Shown here: piece after piece, positions 8,926 to 23,598 of the stretch
Numbering within the stretch: position 1 is the stretch's first letter
Layout of the letters: each line of letters opens with the position of its first letter
NCBI GenBank assembly: GCA_963722915.1
Contig: CAVROR010000012.1
Location: 2,182-66,181 of the forward strand
Direction: 5' to 3'
From: an uncultured Gammaproteobacteria bacterium
Lineage (GTDB): Bacteria > Pseudomonadota > Gammaproteobacteria > Xanthomonadales > Xanthomonadaceae
Length of the DNA stretch: 64,000 nucleotides
Made by a program: the position numbers and the translations under genes
Notes under the pieces: generated by a model
The model's database searches: none
Told to the model about the DNA's origin: nothing
Seen by the model: only the letters and a program-made list of their open reading frames with translations

Positions 8926-9312
8926 TTACTGGGAGAGTCCGGGGTTGAAGGGTACTGCGGTGGGGTTGGATTGGGTTCGGTGGTTAGCGGCAAACTGGGC
9001 CGGCGGGATGCGTCCGCAACTGCTGTGCGGTCGCACCTGGTTGTAGTCGCGGCGCCACTCGGCGATGACGTCGCGGGATTGGACCAACGACGCGAACCAG
9101 TGCTCGTTGAGGCACTCGTCGCGGAACTTGCCGTTGAAGCTCTCGATGTAGCCGTTTTGCATGGGCCGGCCAGGTTCGATCAGCAGGTGCTGGATGCCGT
9201 GCTGCTGCGTCCATGCAATGAAGGCCCGGCTGGTGAACTCCGGACCGTTGTCGGTGCGCACGGCCCGCGGGTAGCCGCGGAACCGCGCCGCCTGGTCCAG
9301 CACGCGCACGAC
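8926..9312 (-). pseudogene. IS3-family transposase OrfB, C-terminal fragment
   Basis: VVRVLDQAARFRGYPRAVRTDNGPEFTSRAFIAWTQQHGIQHLLIEPGRPMQNGYIESFNGKFRDECLNEHWF... (DDE integrase core, third acidic residue region). Begins abruptly at the 9312/9313 junction. Confidence 0.9.
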
Positions 9313-9403
9313 TGCGTATTGCCACCGAGTTGACCACTCATTGCCAAATCAACTGACCGCAATCGGCAGCACCACTGACCACGGTCGCCATCCAACTGAC
9401 CAG
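9313..9403 (+). repeat. left-end terminal repeat array (4-5 units, 21-23-bp period)
   Basis: tattgccacc, then TGACCAC 9331, CTGACCGC 9353, CTGACCAC 9375, CTGACCAG 9396. This is the inverted orientation of the right-end array. Confidence 0.8.
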
Positions 9404-9596
9404 TTCCCGACTTCAAATTCATTCTTTGCATGCTGTGTAGCACATAGGAGCATCTAGCTTCAGCCCTGATCGATCTGCGTCATCAGAGCCGAAGTAAGGG
9501 AGGCAAGCGAACGTGAGGGTCGGCAGGGATTCGTGTAAAAAACAGCCGAATTCGCTCTAAGTCTTTGACTCCACAAGCTTTAGGCCGTGTACCAAC

Positions 9597-10577
9597 TCAT
9601 AAATTCAATCTGGCGACGCCGTATGCTGCGGTGACCTCTCGGTCGCGTTTCTGCAGCCAGTCTTTGGTGGCACTTCGTCCGATCGGTGTGCCGGCGCGAC
9701 GATGAACCAGCTGCGCGAGCTTCACGCGCATGCCCGGATCACGGCACAGAAAAATGATCGGTTCGAGGTCCGCGCCGATAAACGCGTGCCCGTCCGCTAA
9801 CAGCCGTCTCGCCAGTTCGACCCGCTGGGCATGGCCGCCGAGGACTGCATTGAGAGCTTTAACCGCCGCGGCCCGTTTCGGCCCCTCGTCCGGCAACTGG
9901 GCGGCGTAGCTATGGCGAAGCTTGGAGACCGCCCGCATTTCCTGCTCGACTCTGCCGGGCGCGCAGGCCCTCACTCCCGGCAAATTACCCACCGGGATGG
10001 GTACCACCTTGGGCGGACTGATGACGTCGCCCGCCTCGTCTCGAATTGCGGGTGTAAAGCCCTGAACCGTTACGCGCGTCGAGCCTGACAACGCTTGGGT
10101 TCCAATGCGGGCCCATGTCGAAGGCCCGGTTGCAGTGGCAAGTCGATAAAAATGCGTGTGGAGTTCTTTGAGTTCGTCGAGCACCCGACCGAGCTCAGCA
10201 ATTTTAGCCTCACGGTCGGCAAGCAGCGTTTGCAAACGTCCCTCGCGTTCCAGCCGTGTGATCTCGTTGTCGGCTCGCTTCATGTCCTGCAAGGCAATCG
10301 AGCCGGCCGCAAACTTGTCCTGGGCGCAGTCCCCGCCAATCAGCGTCACGGCGCCGTCTTTGCGCCGAGCGACCCATCCCCGCCCATGTTTTCGACTGCA
10401 GAGCTTTCCTGTCGGCTTAAGTACGCAACACAACAGGGGTTCGTCGGCGAACGCGTACCACCCCACCAGCATCGCGTAACTGTCGACGTCGATGGGTTCG
10501 TCAGGCCGAAAATGCGGCTCCCTCAGGATCTCGGCGACTGATTCGAACCTGCGCACCCCTTGGACGGTTTCCACCAT
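9597..10577 (-). CDS. hypothetical protein, 326 aa, no family recognised
   Basis: Intact ORF with GGAGAC 6 nt before the ATG. N-terminal Cys/His cluster (CCVLKPTGKLCSRKHGRGW...GGDC), central predicted coiled coil (LQDMKRADNEITRLEREGRLQTLLADREAKIAELGRVLDELKELH). No signal peptide or TM segment. Visibly lower GC than the core genome. Confidence 0.7.
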   Translation of the reverse strand: MVETVQGVRRFESVAEILREPHFRPDEPIDVDSYAMLVGWYAFADEPLLCCVLKPTGKLCSRKHGRGWVARRKDGAVTLIGGDCAQDKFAAGSIALQDMKRADNEITRLEREGRLQTLLADREAKIAELGRVLDELKELHTHFYRLATATGPSTWARIGTQALSGSTRVTVQGFTPAIRDEAGDVISPPKVVPIPVGNLPGVRACAPGRVEQEMRAVSKLRHSYAAQLPDEGPKRAAAVKALNAVLGGHAQRVELARRLLADGHAFIGADLEPIIFLCRDPGMRVKLAQLVHRRAGTPIGRSATKDWLQKRDREVTAAYGVARLNL

Positions 10578-10584
10578 CTCTGTC

Positions 10585-10758
10585 TCCGGCTCTGAGCTCT
10601 GTCGATCCTAAGGAGGGTCGGCAGGCAGGGCGAGCGATACCCTGTTCCAGTTTGGCAATGTAGCGCCGCACCTGCTCATCGCCCCATTGCTTGCGTGTGT
10701 AGCGGATGACGCCGCGCATGTCGGCTTCTGCCGCATCCGTCAGCATGAAGACGGTCAA
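10585..10758 (-). pseudogene. parE: ParE/RelE-family toxin, N-terminal ~55 codons only
   Basis: (MTVF)MLTDAAEADMRGVIRYTRKQWGDEQVRRYIAKLEQGIA...PSLG..ELRAG matches the N-terminal half of ParE toxins. The C-terminal half is missing and the frame runs into unrelated sequence. The start overlaps the parD stop. Confidence 0.7.
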
Positions 10759-11009
10759 ACGCGGCGGCCTTCGGCCAGTTCTTCATTGAGGATTTCGTTG
10801 ACGCTCTTGGCCGACACCTTCCCCGCCAGACCCTCGTTGATGCGCCCACCCAACAGGACTTTCAGCTCCTGCCATGCCTGATCGGCGTGGATGTCGCCGG
10901 GAAAGAGTCGTTCGAGTGCATATTGCTTGATCGTCTTGCCCTGCACGGCGGCCAACGCCTTGAGGCTTTGGTGCTGCTGGTCGGTGATGTCGATAGTCAG
11001 CCGGCTCAT
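10755..11009 (-). CDS. parD: ParD-type ribbon-helix-helix antitoxin
   Basis: MSRLTIDITDQQHQSLKALAAVQGKTIKQYALERLFPGD..., 84 aa. The stop overlaps the toxin start (TTGA). Confidence 0.75.
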   Translation of the reverse strand: MSRLTIDITDQQHQSLKALAAVQGKTIKQYALERLFPGDIHADQAWQELKVLLGGRINEGLAGKVSAKSVNEILNEELAEGRRV

Positions 11010-11116
11010 CGATAAATGGCTCCGTAGGCTCCCACAAACCCACATTGGCACATAAGGAAGCAACGAGCAATCCGAGAACGTACAGACGCTTCAGGCCCAA
11101 GAACTTCATGCCAGAT

Positions 11117-11132
11117 AGTGAGTTAACTCACT
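11117..11132. promoter_or_regulatory. perfect 16-bp palindrome AGTGAGTTAACTCACT (candidate operator)
   Basis: Exact dyad, about 110 bp upstream of the parD ATG, at the junction with the ynfA stub. Confidence 0.35.
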
Positions 11133-11143
11133 TTTGGCTGTTC

Positions 11144-11245
11144 TTAGCACGATTCCCTGCCGGCCCTTAGATAGGGCAGATAGCAGCCGACAATCTCGGT
11201 CAGGGCGGTCAACGCGAACAGCGCAAAGAGCTTCAGAACCAGCAT
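11144..11245 (-). pseudogene. ynfA: YnfA (UPF0060) family membrane protein, first ~30 codons only
   Basis: MLVLKLFALFALTALTEIVGCYLPYL... matches the YnfA N-terminus (E. coli: ALCEIIGCFLPWLWL), followed by a premature stop. The full family length is about 108 aa. Confidence 0.55.
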
Positions 11246-11327
11246 GGTTAGCCTCGTGGAGTGAAGGGCGCACCGTAGTGCTGCGGCGCTCGTTCGAAAC
11301 CGTCGCCGCAACACCAGACCCCATGCG

Positions 11328-17023
<5,696 letters not shown>

Positions 17024-17034
17024 GCGTGGCGGCC

Positions 17035-18051
17035 TCAGTGGTCGTGCGAGGCGCCGGACTTCTCGATGTCCGCCTTCACCAGGTAGCTCTGCTCGACCAC
17101 GACCTGCTCGCCGGCTTTGAGGCCGGACAGCACTTCGACCCGCGCTGGCATCGCGCTTGCCCAAGCTCGACCGGCCGCACCTCGTAGGTGTCGCCCGACG
17201 CGGACGAACACCACGTCCCAGTCGCGGAACCGTGTCTGCAGCGCCGTCGAGCGGCACCACCAGCGCGACCGGCTGCTGCGCCACCGTGATGCGCGCCTTG
17301 ACCGCCGAGCCCGGCCGCCACAGGCCATCGACGTTCTGCGATGCGTCGCGCGCGCGACGGTGCTCTGGCTCGCGGTTGCCGTGCCGGCAGCACGCGTTCG
17401 AGCACCGTTTCGGCGGTCACGCCGTCGCTCATGCGGGTCACGACCACCGGGCACGCCCGGCGGTGATGTGCTGCGCATCGGCACCGAAGATGTGCAGGTC
17501 GACCCACAGCTCGGACAGGTCCGCGATCTCGAACAGCGGCACGCCTTCGCTGGCGACCGCGCCGACGGCGGCATCGCGCGCCAGCACCACGCCGGAGATC
17601 GGCGCGGCGACGGTGTACGTCGTCAGGCTGAGATTGCTTTCGATCGTCGCCAGCGCCTGGCCCGCCGCGACACGGTCGCCGACGTTGGCGCGCAGCGACG
17701 GATCGGGCCGGGGAAGCGCGCCGTGACCTGCGCGACGCGGCCTTCGACCGGCGTCAGCAGGCCCTGCACCTCATGCTCGTCGGCGATCGTGCCGGCCGCG
17801 ACCGCCGCGACCTCGACCCCGGACTGCTTGGCGACGTCCGCCGCAATGGTGGTGCTGGGCGGGCCTTCTTCGTGCCCGGCTTCGCTCTCGGCGTGCTTAT
17901 CGCCGCCGCTGGACGCTGCGCCGGCGTCGTGGTCGTCGTTGTGTGCTTCACCGGCGTGCTCGTCGGCACCTGCGGGCGGCGTTGCCGGCTTGTCGCCGCA
18001 GCCGGCCAGCAGCATGACCAAGGCCAACTGGGCCAGGGTGGAACGGATCAT
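17035..18051 (-). pseudogene. czcB: RND membrane-fusion protein CzcB, frame broken several times
   Basis: Lipoprotein N-terminus MIRSTLAQLALVMLLAGCG with a His/Asp-rich region. Middle part (GDTYEVRPVELG) and C-terminus (VEVLSGLKAGEQVVVEQSYLVKADIEKSGASHDH) are in other frames. Confidence 0.7.
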
Positions 18052-19328
18052 GGGGTGTCTCCTTGCAGGCGCTCAGGCGCGGCAGTCACAAAGGACTCGC
18101 CGGTCAGGCGCTGGATTTCGATCAGGGCACGCTGGGCTTCCAGCGCGGCTTCGAGTTGTTGTTTGCGCGCGTTTGTCGTCTCGGACTGCAACTGCGCCCA
18201 TTCGAGGTAGCTGATCGCGCCGGCCCGGTAGGCCTGTTCGGCGGCCGCTTCGGCACGCGTGAGCTTCGGCAACACGTCGCGCTGCAGGCGGTCGACCTCG
18301 ACCTGCGCCGACAGGAAACGGCCATGTGCTTCGGCGAGCGTCGAATACAGGGCCAGACCGCGTGCTTCGCGCTCGATCTCCAGCGACACCAGCTCGGCCT
18401 GGGCTTGGCGGATCTCAGGCTTCGCGCGGGTGGCGCCTCCCAACGGCATCGAGATGCTGCCCACCAGTGCGACATCGTCGCTGGCCTGCAGACGACGCAC
18501 GCCAATCTGCCAATCCAGATCCGCACTGGCCGATGTGCGTGCCAGTTGCAGGCGCGCCTCGCGAATACGTAGCTCGCCAGCGAACTGCGCCAGCTCCGGC
18601 GTGCGCTGCAACAGATCCGCCAGCTCACCGAAGGCAGCGATGCGGGGCAGCGCGAGCGGGTTGGCCGCGACCACATCGAAGGTCGGAGCGCGCTCGCCCC
18701 ACAGGGCGGCCAGGTGCTGTCTGGCCGCGACGTGGCGCTGATCGGCGCGAGCATGATCAAGCTCCGCGCGGGCCAGCATGGCCTGCGCGGTGAGCACGAC
18801 CGACTCGGGCGACGCCCCGGCCTCGAGGCGCTTGCGCGCCCCGGCGACGGTACGGGTGCGCTGCCCGATGTCGAGTTGCGCGATCTCGCGCTGACGCATC
18901 GCCGAGACGATGGCCAGATAACGCCGAGCAACCTCGGCCAGCAGGTCGAGCCGGCGCACTTCGCGCTCCAGCGCGAGCGCATCGATCCGGCTTTGCCCCA
19001 GAGTGCGGCGTGCTTCGAGTTTGCCGCCGCGCTCGAACACCGAGGCCAACGTCAGGGTCAGTTCGGCGCCTTGCACGCCGCTGGCGTCGCCGGTGCCGCC
19101 GACGTTCTCGAGTTCGGCGCCCACCACCCACGGCGGTCGGAACGCGGCCCGGTCCCGCTCGGCAGTGAGCGCGTCACGGCGCGGCCCCAGCAGTCTTAAG
19201 TCAGGGTGGGTCTTGGCGACGCGCTCGAAGGCGTCGTTCAGGGTCAAGCGGTCGGCAGCGAGCGATGGCCAGACGGCCAATGCGCACGCCGCGACGAGCA
19301 CGGCTTTCGCCGCGAGTCGCAAACGCAT
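18048..19328 (-). CDS. czcC: TolC-family outer-membrane factor CzcC
   Basis: Intact 426-aa ORF with a signal peptide and two OEP-type repeats. The stop overlaps the czcB start. Confidence 0.85.
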   Translation of the reverse strand: MRLRLAAKAVLVAACALAVWPSLAADRLTLNDAFERVAKTHPDLRLLGPRRDALTAERDRAAFRPPWVVGAELENVGGTGDASGVQGAELTLTLASVFERGGKLEARRTLGQSRIDALALEREVRRLDLLAEVARRYLAIVSAMRQREIAQLDIGQRTRTVAGARKRLEAGASPESVVLTAQAMLARAELDHARADQRHVAARQHLAALWGERAPTFDVVAANPLALPRIAAFGELADLLQRTPELAQFAGELRIREARLQLARTSASADLDWQIGVRRLQASDDVALVGSISMPLGGATRAKPEIRQAQAELVSLEIEREARGLALYSTLAEAHGRFLSAQVEVDRLQRDVLPKLTRAEAAAEQAYRAGAISYLEWAQLQSETTNARKQQLEAALEAQRALIEIQRLTGESFVTAAPERLQGDTP

Positions 19329-19383
19329 GAGAGTGCTCCGATGAACTCAGGGGATCGCAGGACCGGCACGCAGCCGGTAGCGG

Positions 19384-19767
19384 TCATGCCCGGATCGGAG
19401 GACGGAACGGGGCCAGTGCGGGCTCGGTCGCCACGCGTTGCGCGGTCCAGGGCCGTATCGGCAAGGGAGCGTGGACCGTCAGCGGCGCGTCGATGACCGG
19501 CGCGAGCATCGCCGAGAGCTGGCCACAACAATGCGCAAAGTGGTGAATGAGGTGCAGGGTTCCGGCAGTGCGATCACCCGATTCGTCGGCTTGCGCCAGT
19601 TCGGTCTGGACATCACTGCCGTCGTGTAGGTGCTGCTCGCTGAGCCCGTGGGTCAGCTCGTGCAATTCGCCCATCGCCGCCAGCATCGGCTGAAATACCC
19701 CGCCCAATAGCAGCCCCACCAGCAGGAGCCAGGGCAGGAGCGATCGATGGGAAGGGTGGCGCTTCAT
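19384..19767 (-). CDS. CzcI-like small periplasmic protein
   Basis: 127 aa with a signal peptide and the motif HLIHHFAHCCGQLS, resembling the CC/His motif of CzcI. Position immediately upstream of czcC. Confidence 0.55.
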   Translation of the reverse strand: MKRHPSHRSLLPWLLLVGLLLGGVFQPMLAAMGELHELTHGLSEQHLHDGSDVQTELAQADESGDRTAGTLHLIHHFAHCCGQLSAMLAPVIDAPLTVHAPLPIRPWTAQRVATEPALAPFRPPIRA

Positions 19768-20393
19768 GGGGCGGTGTTTTCGTTGTGCCGTCGCGTCGAC
19801 GAGCGCGCTTGTCGCGCCTCTCGCAGGATCTCAACAGCTTCCTTGACCACGTAAAGCCCGATCAAAGTGCCTATCACGTAGTCAGGGTACGGTGACGCAA
19901 GCACCATCACCAGCAGTCCTGCCACGATCACACCGATATTGGCCACCACGTCGGCCCGGGTGAAGATCCACGTGGATCGTAAGTGCACTTCACCAGAGCG
20001 GAACGGCGCGAGTAGACGCAAGACGGTGAGATTCACGGCCAGCGACAGCACGGCCGTAGCGATCATCCAGCTGCTTTGCGGCTCGGCGCCGTCCACCACG
20101 CGGCGGCCGACCTCGAGCAAAACCCCGAGCCCCAGTACCAGCAAGGCAACGCCGCTCACCATGGCGGCATTCGCCTTGAACCGCACCGAGCGGCCGATCG
20201 CCACCAGCCCGATCGCATAGGCCGTCGCGTCAGAAAGCATGTCGAGCGCGTCCGCCAGCAGGCCGGTCGATTGGCCCTTCCAGCCGGCGATGCCGCCAAT
20301 GACGGCCATCGACGCATTGAGAACCAGCGCGATCACAAGGATGCGCCGTTCGTTGGCATTCTTCGCTTCCGCGTGGCAACCGCAGTCGCTCAA
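19764..20393 (-). CDS. czcD: cation diffusion facilitator family transporter (short CzcD-like)
   Basis: MSDCGCHAEAKN... with TM motifs LLADALDMLSDATAY and RADVVANIGVIVAG. The stop overlaps the next gene (ATGA). Confidence 0.8.
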   Translation of the reverse strand: MSDCGCHAEAKNANERRILVIALVLNASMAVIGGIAGWKGQSTGLLADALDMLSDATAYAIGLVAIGRSVRFKANAAMVSGVALLVLGLGVLLEVGRRVVDGAEPQSSWMIATAVLSLAVNLTVLRLLAPFRSGEVHLRSTWIFTRADVVANIGVIVAGLLVMVLASPYPDYVIGTLIGLYVVKEAVEILREARQARSSTRRHNENTAP

Positions 20394-20440
20394 CGGGCGC
20401 TCCTCGACTCGGTTCCCGACGTGGCATCCGACAGGGAGCC

Positions 20441-20471
20441 AGCGTAAAGTCCGTACCCACTACGGAGTCAA
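20441..20471 (-). promoter_or_regulatory. MerR-type promoter: -35 TTGACT, 19-bp spacer containing a dyad, -10 TACGCT
   Basis: Minus strand reads TTGACTccgtagtgggtacggacttTACGCT. Dyad TCCGTA-N5-TACGGA lies at 20450-20466. About 48 nt upstream of the czcD ATG and divergent from merR. Confidence 0.6.
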
Positions 20472-20481
20472 GACGGTCCGC

Positions 20482-20898
20482 ATGAAGATCAGCGAAGCGG
20501 CAGCCGCGAGCGGTTGCCATCTGGAAACCGTCCGCTATTACGAGCGGGTGGGGTTAATGCCGGCTCCGGCGCGGGTGGGCAGCGGGTACCGTGCCTATTC
20601 CGAGCAGGATGTCGCGCGGCTGCGCTTCATCACGCGCGGTCGGACCTTGGGCTTCAGCCTGGACGACATTCGCAGTCTTCTACGACTGGACGATGACCCG
20701 CAGTTGTCTTGCACCGAGGTGGATGGCGTAGCGCGCACCCACCTGGCTGATGTTCGACGCCGGATCGATGCCCTGCAGCGCATCGCGGACGAGCTGGAAC
20801 GGGTCATCACCCAATGCGCCGGCGGTGTACGCGGGCAGTGCGCCATCCTGGGCACGCTGCGGCACCCGACGATGGCATCGAGCGAGCCGCAGGGGTAG
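20482..20898 (+). CDS. MerR-family metal-responsive transcriptional regulator (CadR/ZntR-like)
   Basis: MKISEAAAASGCHLETVRYYERVGLMP...YRAYSEQDVARLRFITRGRTLGFSLDDI. C-terminal Cys residues (C...CAGGVRGQC). Confidence 0.85.
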   Translation: MKISEAAAASGCHLETVRYYERVGLMPAPARVGSGYRAYSEQDVARLRFITRGRTLGFSLDDIRSLLRLDDDPQLSCTEVDGVARTHLADVRRRIDALQRIADELERVITQCAGGVRGQCAILGTLRHPTMASSEPQG

Positions 20899-20902
20899 GC
20901 GC

Positions 20903-21223
20903 GTGACGCTGGATCGCTATCTGGAGGCGGCCACTCGCGAAAACACGCGCCGCAGCTATCAATCGGCGGTGCGCCATTTTGAAGTCGAATGGGGCGGCCA
21001 TCTTCCGGCCACCGCCGACAGCGTGGCGCGTTACCTGGCCGACCATGCCAGTCGCCTCGCGATCAACACGCTCAAGCAGCGGTTGGCGGCACTAGCGCAA
21101 TGGCACACCGAACACGGGTTCGTCGATCCAACCCGGCCGCCTCTGGTGCGCAAGCCGGATGCGTTGTATTCAATCCTAGATAGTCTGCGCAGGCCCATTT
21201 TCGAGCATCAGATTGCGGAATGA
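20903..21223 (+). pseudogene. tyrosine recombinase/integrase, N-terminal SAM-like domain only
   Basis: VTLDRYLEAATRENTRRSYQSAVRHFEVEWGGHLPATADSVARYLADHASRLAINTLKQRLAALAQWH...PLVRK. Similarity stops near 21165, where GC drops. No catalytic domain. Confidence 0.65.
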
Positions 21224-21452
21224 TGTGATCGCAAAACGCTTGCGCAGCATCGCCTCGCATGCGGAAACTTTGCGTTTCATCGTGGGCTAGAAAGCATCAC
21301 AAATACTGGTTCTTGATCGCCAATATTCCAGTGCCGTCAAAATAAAATAACGACAAAAAGATAAGTCGCGTGCCGTTGATTAAAACCCTATGCGATTGCG
21401 GGCGAAGTCGGTAATGTGCCGCTTCCTACTGCAACACAGGCACTGATTGCTC

Positions 21453-21743
21453 ATGGCAAGCGCTGATGTGTGGACGGAAGAGATCGTGGCGTCTTTCGGT
21501 CCGTACGTGCCACTAGCCCGCATTTGGCCATTACTGTCTCTGCCTTCGGCGGACGCAGCCAGAAGGGCTGCTGCAAGGGGGTCAACGCCAGTGCAATGCG
21601 TCTCCCTAGAAGGAAGACGCGGCTGGCATCTGCGTGCAGGTGACTTGGCGCTTTGGCTGAGCGAATCGCTGCACGATACGCGGACTGGTAATGAAGCTCG
21701 CGAATTCGCCCGCGAGCAAATTCGGCGGTTGACCAAAGACTGA
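21453..21743 (+). CDS. PrtN-like (pyocin activator family) small DNA-binding protein
   Basis: MASADVWTEEIVASFGPYVPLARIWPLLSLPSADAARRAAARGSTPVQCVSLEGRRGWHLRAGDLALWLSE follows the PrtN/excisionase-like pattern. Lies in a low-GC, AT-rich setting. Confidence 0.5.
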   Translation: MASADVWTEEIVASFGPYVPLARIWPLLSLPSADAARRAAARGSTPVQCVSLEGRRGWHLRAGDLALWLSESLHDTRTGNEAREFAREQIRRLTKD

Positions 21744-22064
21744 TCGCCAAGCACTCAGCTACGTCCGGGCTTACCTGCCACTAACCGCGCGAACCCAGGT
21801 CATCGACCAACACCAACGGCAAGGAGATCACCAACCGGGAACTTTCAAGCCGCGTTTCAGAGCACTAACCAAAAAGCACGGGCGTAAAAAAAGCCGGCGC
21901 CTTCACGGGGCACCAGCTTTTCTCGTGGGAACTACGCTGTCGTTTGTTAGGGCGACGGCTGCATTCTCATTCGCTGCACCCGGCATGTCAAGCGCTCGCG
22001 GCCGCCCCAACGGCGCGCGACGGGCAGCTGCGTCCGCTCGATTCGTATCGAATGAGAAGAATTC

Positions 22065-23587
22065 ATGATCCAAAAAAATCTATGTCGGCTGCTGCTCACC
22101 ACAGACCTGTCGAATCGCGAGATTGCGCAGCGATGCAGCGTTTCTCACAACACCGCCGGACGCTATCGAGAACGGCTCCTCGAAGAGAGCTTATGCTGGG
22201 AACAGGTTCGCAGGCTTTCCGGAGAAGCGCTCAACGCCCGCCTCAACGGGGCGCGCGATCGACGCAAAAAGACGTTTGTCGAACCTGACTGGTCTCATGT
22301 TCACGCCGAGCTTCATCGACCTGGCGTAACGATCACTCTTCTGTACAGGAGTATGCGACAGGCATTGATGCGGGACAGATGTCAGACCGCGAGTTTCGCC
22401 GTCGCTACGATCGTTACACACGGTCCCTTGGCCTAGTGATGCGCCAAGCGCGCCGACCGGGCGAAGAGCTCTACGTTGATTACTCGGGTAAGCGCCCCTC
22501 AGTGGTGGATGCGAATACGGGCGTTGCAACTCCAGTCGAATTGTGGATCGGCGTGCTCGGTTCCAGTCGGAAAACGTTCGCGTATTGCACGCCGACCCAG
22601 CAAGTTCCGGACTGGATCGACGCACATGTACGTGCACTTGAGTTTTACGGCGCACTGCCTCAGCACTTGGTGCCGGACAACCTCAAATCGGCGGTAACCA
22701 AGATTTCGCGCAAGGACGGCCACTACGTCAATCCCTCCTACCAGGCATTCGCAGACCACTATGACCTGATGGTCTTGCCGACGCGTCCGCGCAAGCCAAA
22801 AGACAAGGCCGCCGTCGAATGCGGAGTGCGGTTGGCTCAAATGTGGATCCTCGCGCGACTCAGAAACCGCACTTTTTTCTCGATTCAGGACTTGAACAGG
22901 GCAATCGCTGAGTTGCTGATTCGGCTCAATAGCAGACCGATGCGCTTGCGCGGTGGAAAGAGCCGAAACGACTTGTTTGAGGAAATCGACTCACCGGCGA
23001 TGCGGCCTCTTCCGGTACAGGCCTATGAGTTCGCAGAGTGGCGGATCGGAGTAACGATTGCGCAGGACTATCACGTCGTCTCGGAGCGCAACTACTACTC
23101 AGTTCCCTACACACTGGTGTCGCGGAAGGTCAACGTGCGCATAACTACCACTGTGATCGAGGTTTACCACCGCGATCAACTCGTCGCCACGCATCAACGC
23201 TCCTACGGTATAGATGATGTCTTCACCAAATCTGAGCACCAGCCACCAGCGCATCGGCTCTACGGGGAAGAACAAATGGCCAGCCTCATCGCATGGGCTG
23301 AAGCAGCAGGACCTCTCGTCGCCGACTTCGTTCGCCAGCACATGAAGTCTCATTCTGCCGCCGCCTCAATCCAGGCGTTTCGTGGCCTCAAGCGGCTTGC
23401 ACGGGATTTCAGTGTGGAACGCCTGAGTGATGCGTGTGCGCGCGCACTCCGCATGAAGGCGACCTCAATCACATCCGTGCGCTCAATGCTCTCGCGCGGC
23501 ATCGAGAAAACGCCGCTGCAGCTCGAAGCAGTCAATGAAGCAACTACGACCCACGCGAACGTGCGTGGTGCCGAAAATTATCAGTAG
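22065..23587 (+). CDS. istA: IS21-family transposase IstA (one frameshift near 22346 in this sequence)
   Basis: N-terminal HTH piece MIQKNLCRLLLTTDLSNREIAQRCSVSHNTAGRY...VTITLLY (frame 0) continues as (Q)EYATGIDAGQMSDREFRRRYDRY...LYVDYSGK...LVPDNLKSAV (ORF 22379..23587) if one base is restored after CTGTAC. Confidence 0.85.
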
Positions 23588-23598
23588 GAAAGCTATAT

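Noticed and set aside
10783-11109. 108-aa minus ORF with a signal-peptide-like start (MKFLGLKRLYVLGLLVASLC) overlapping parD
   Set aside because: It overlaps the better-supported parD in another frame and has no recognisable continuation. It may be the stump of yet another truncated gene, but that cannot be supported.
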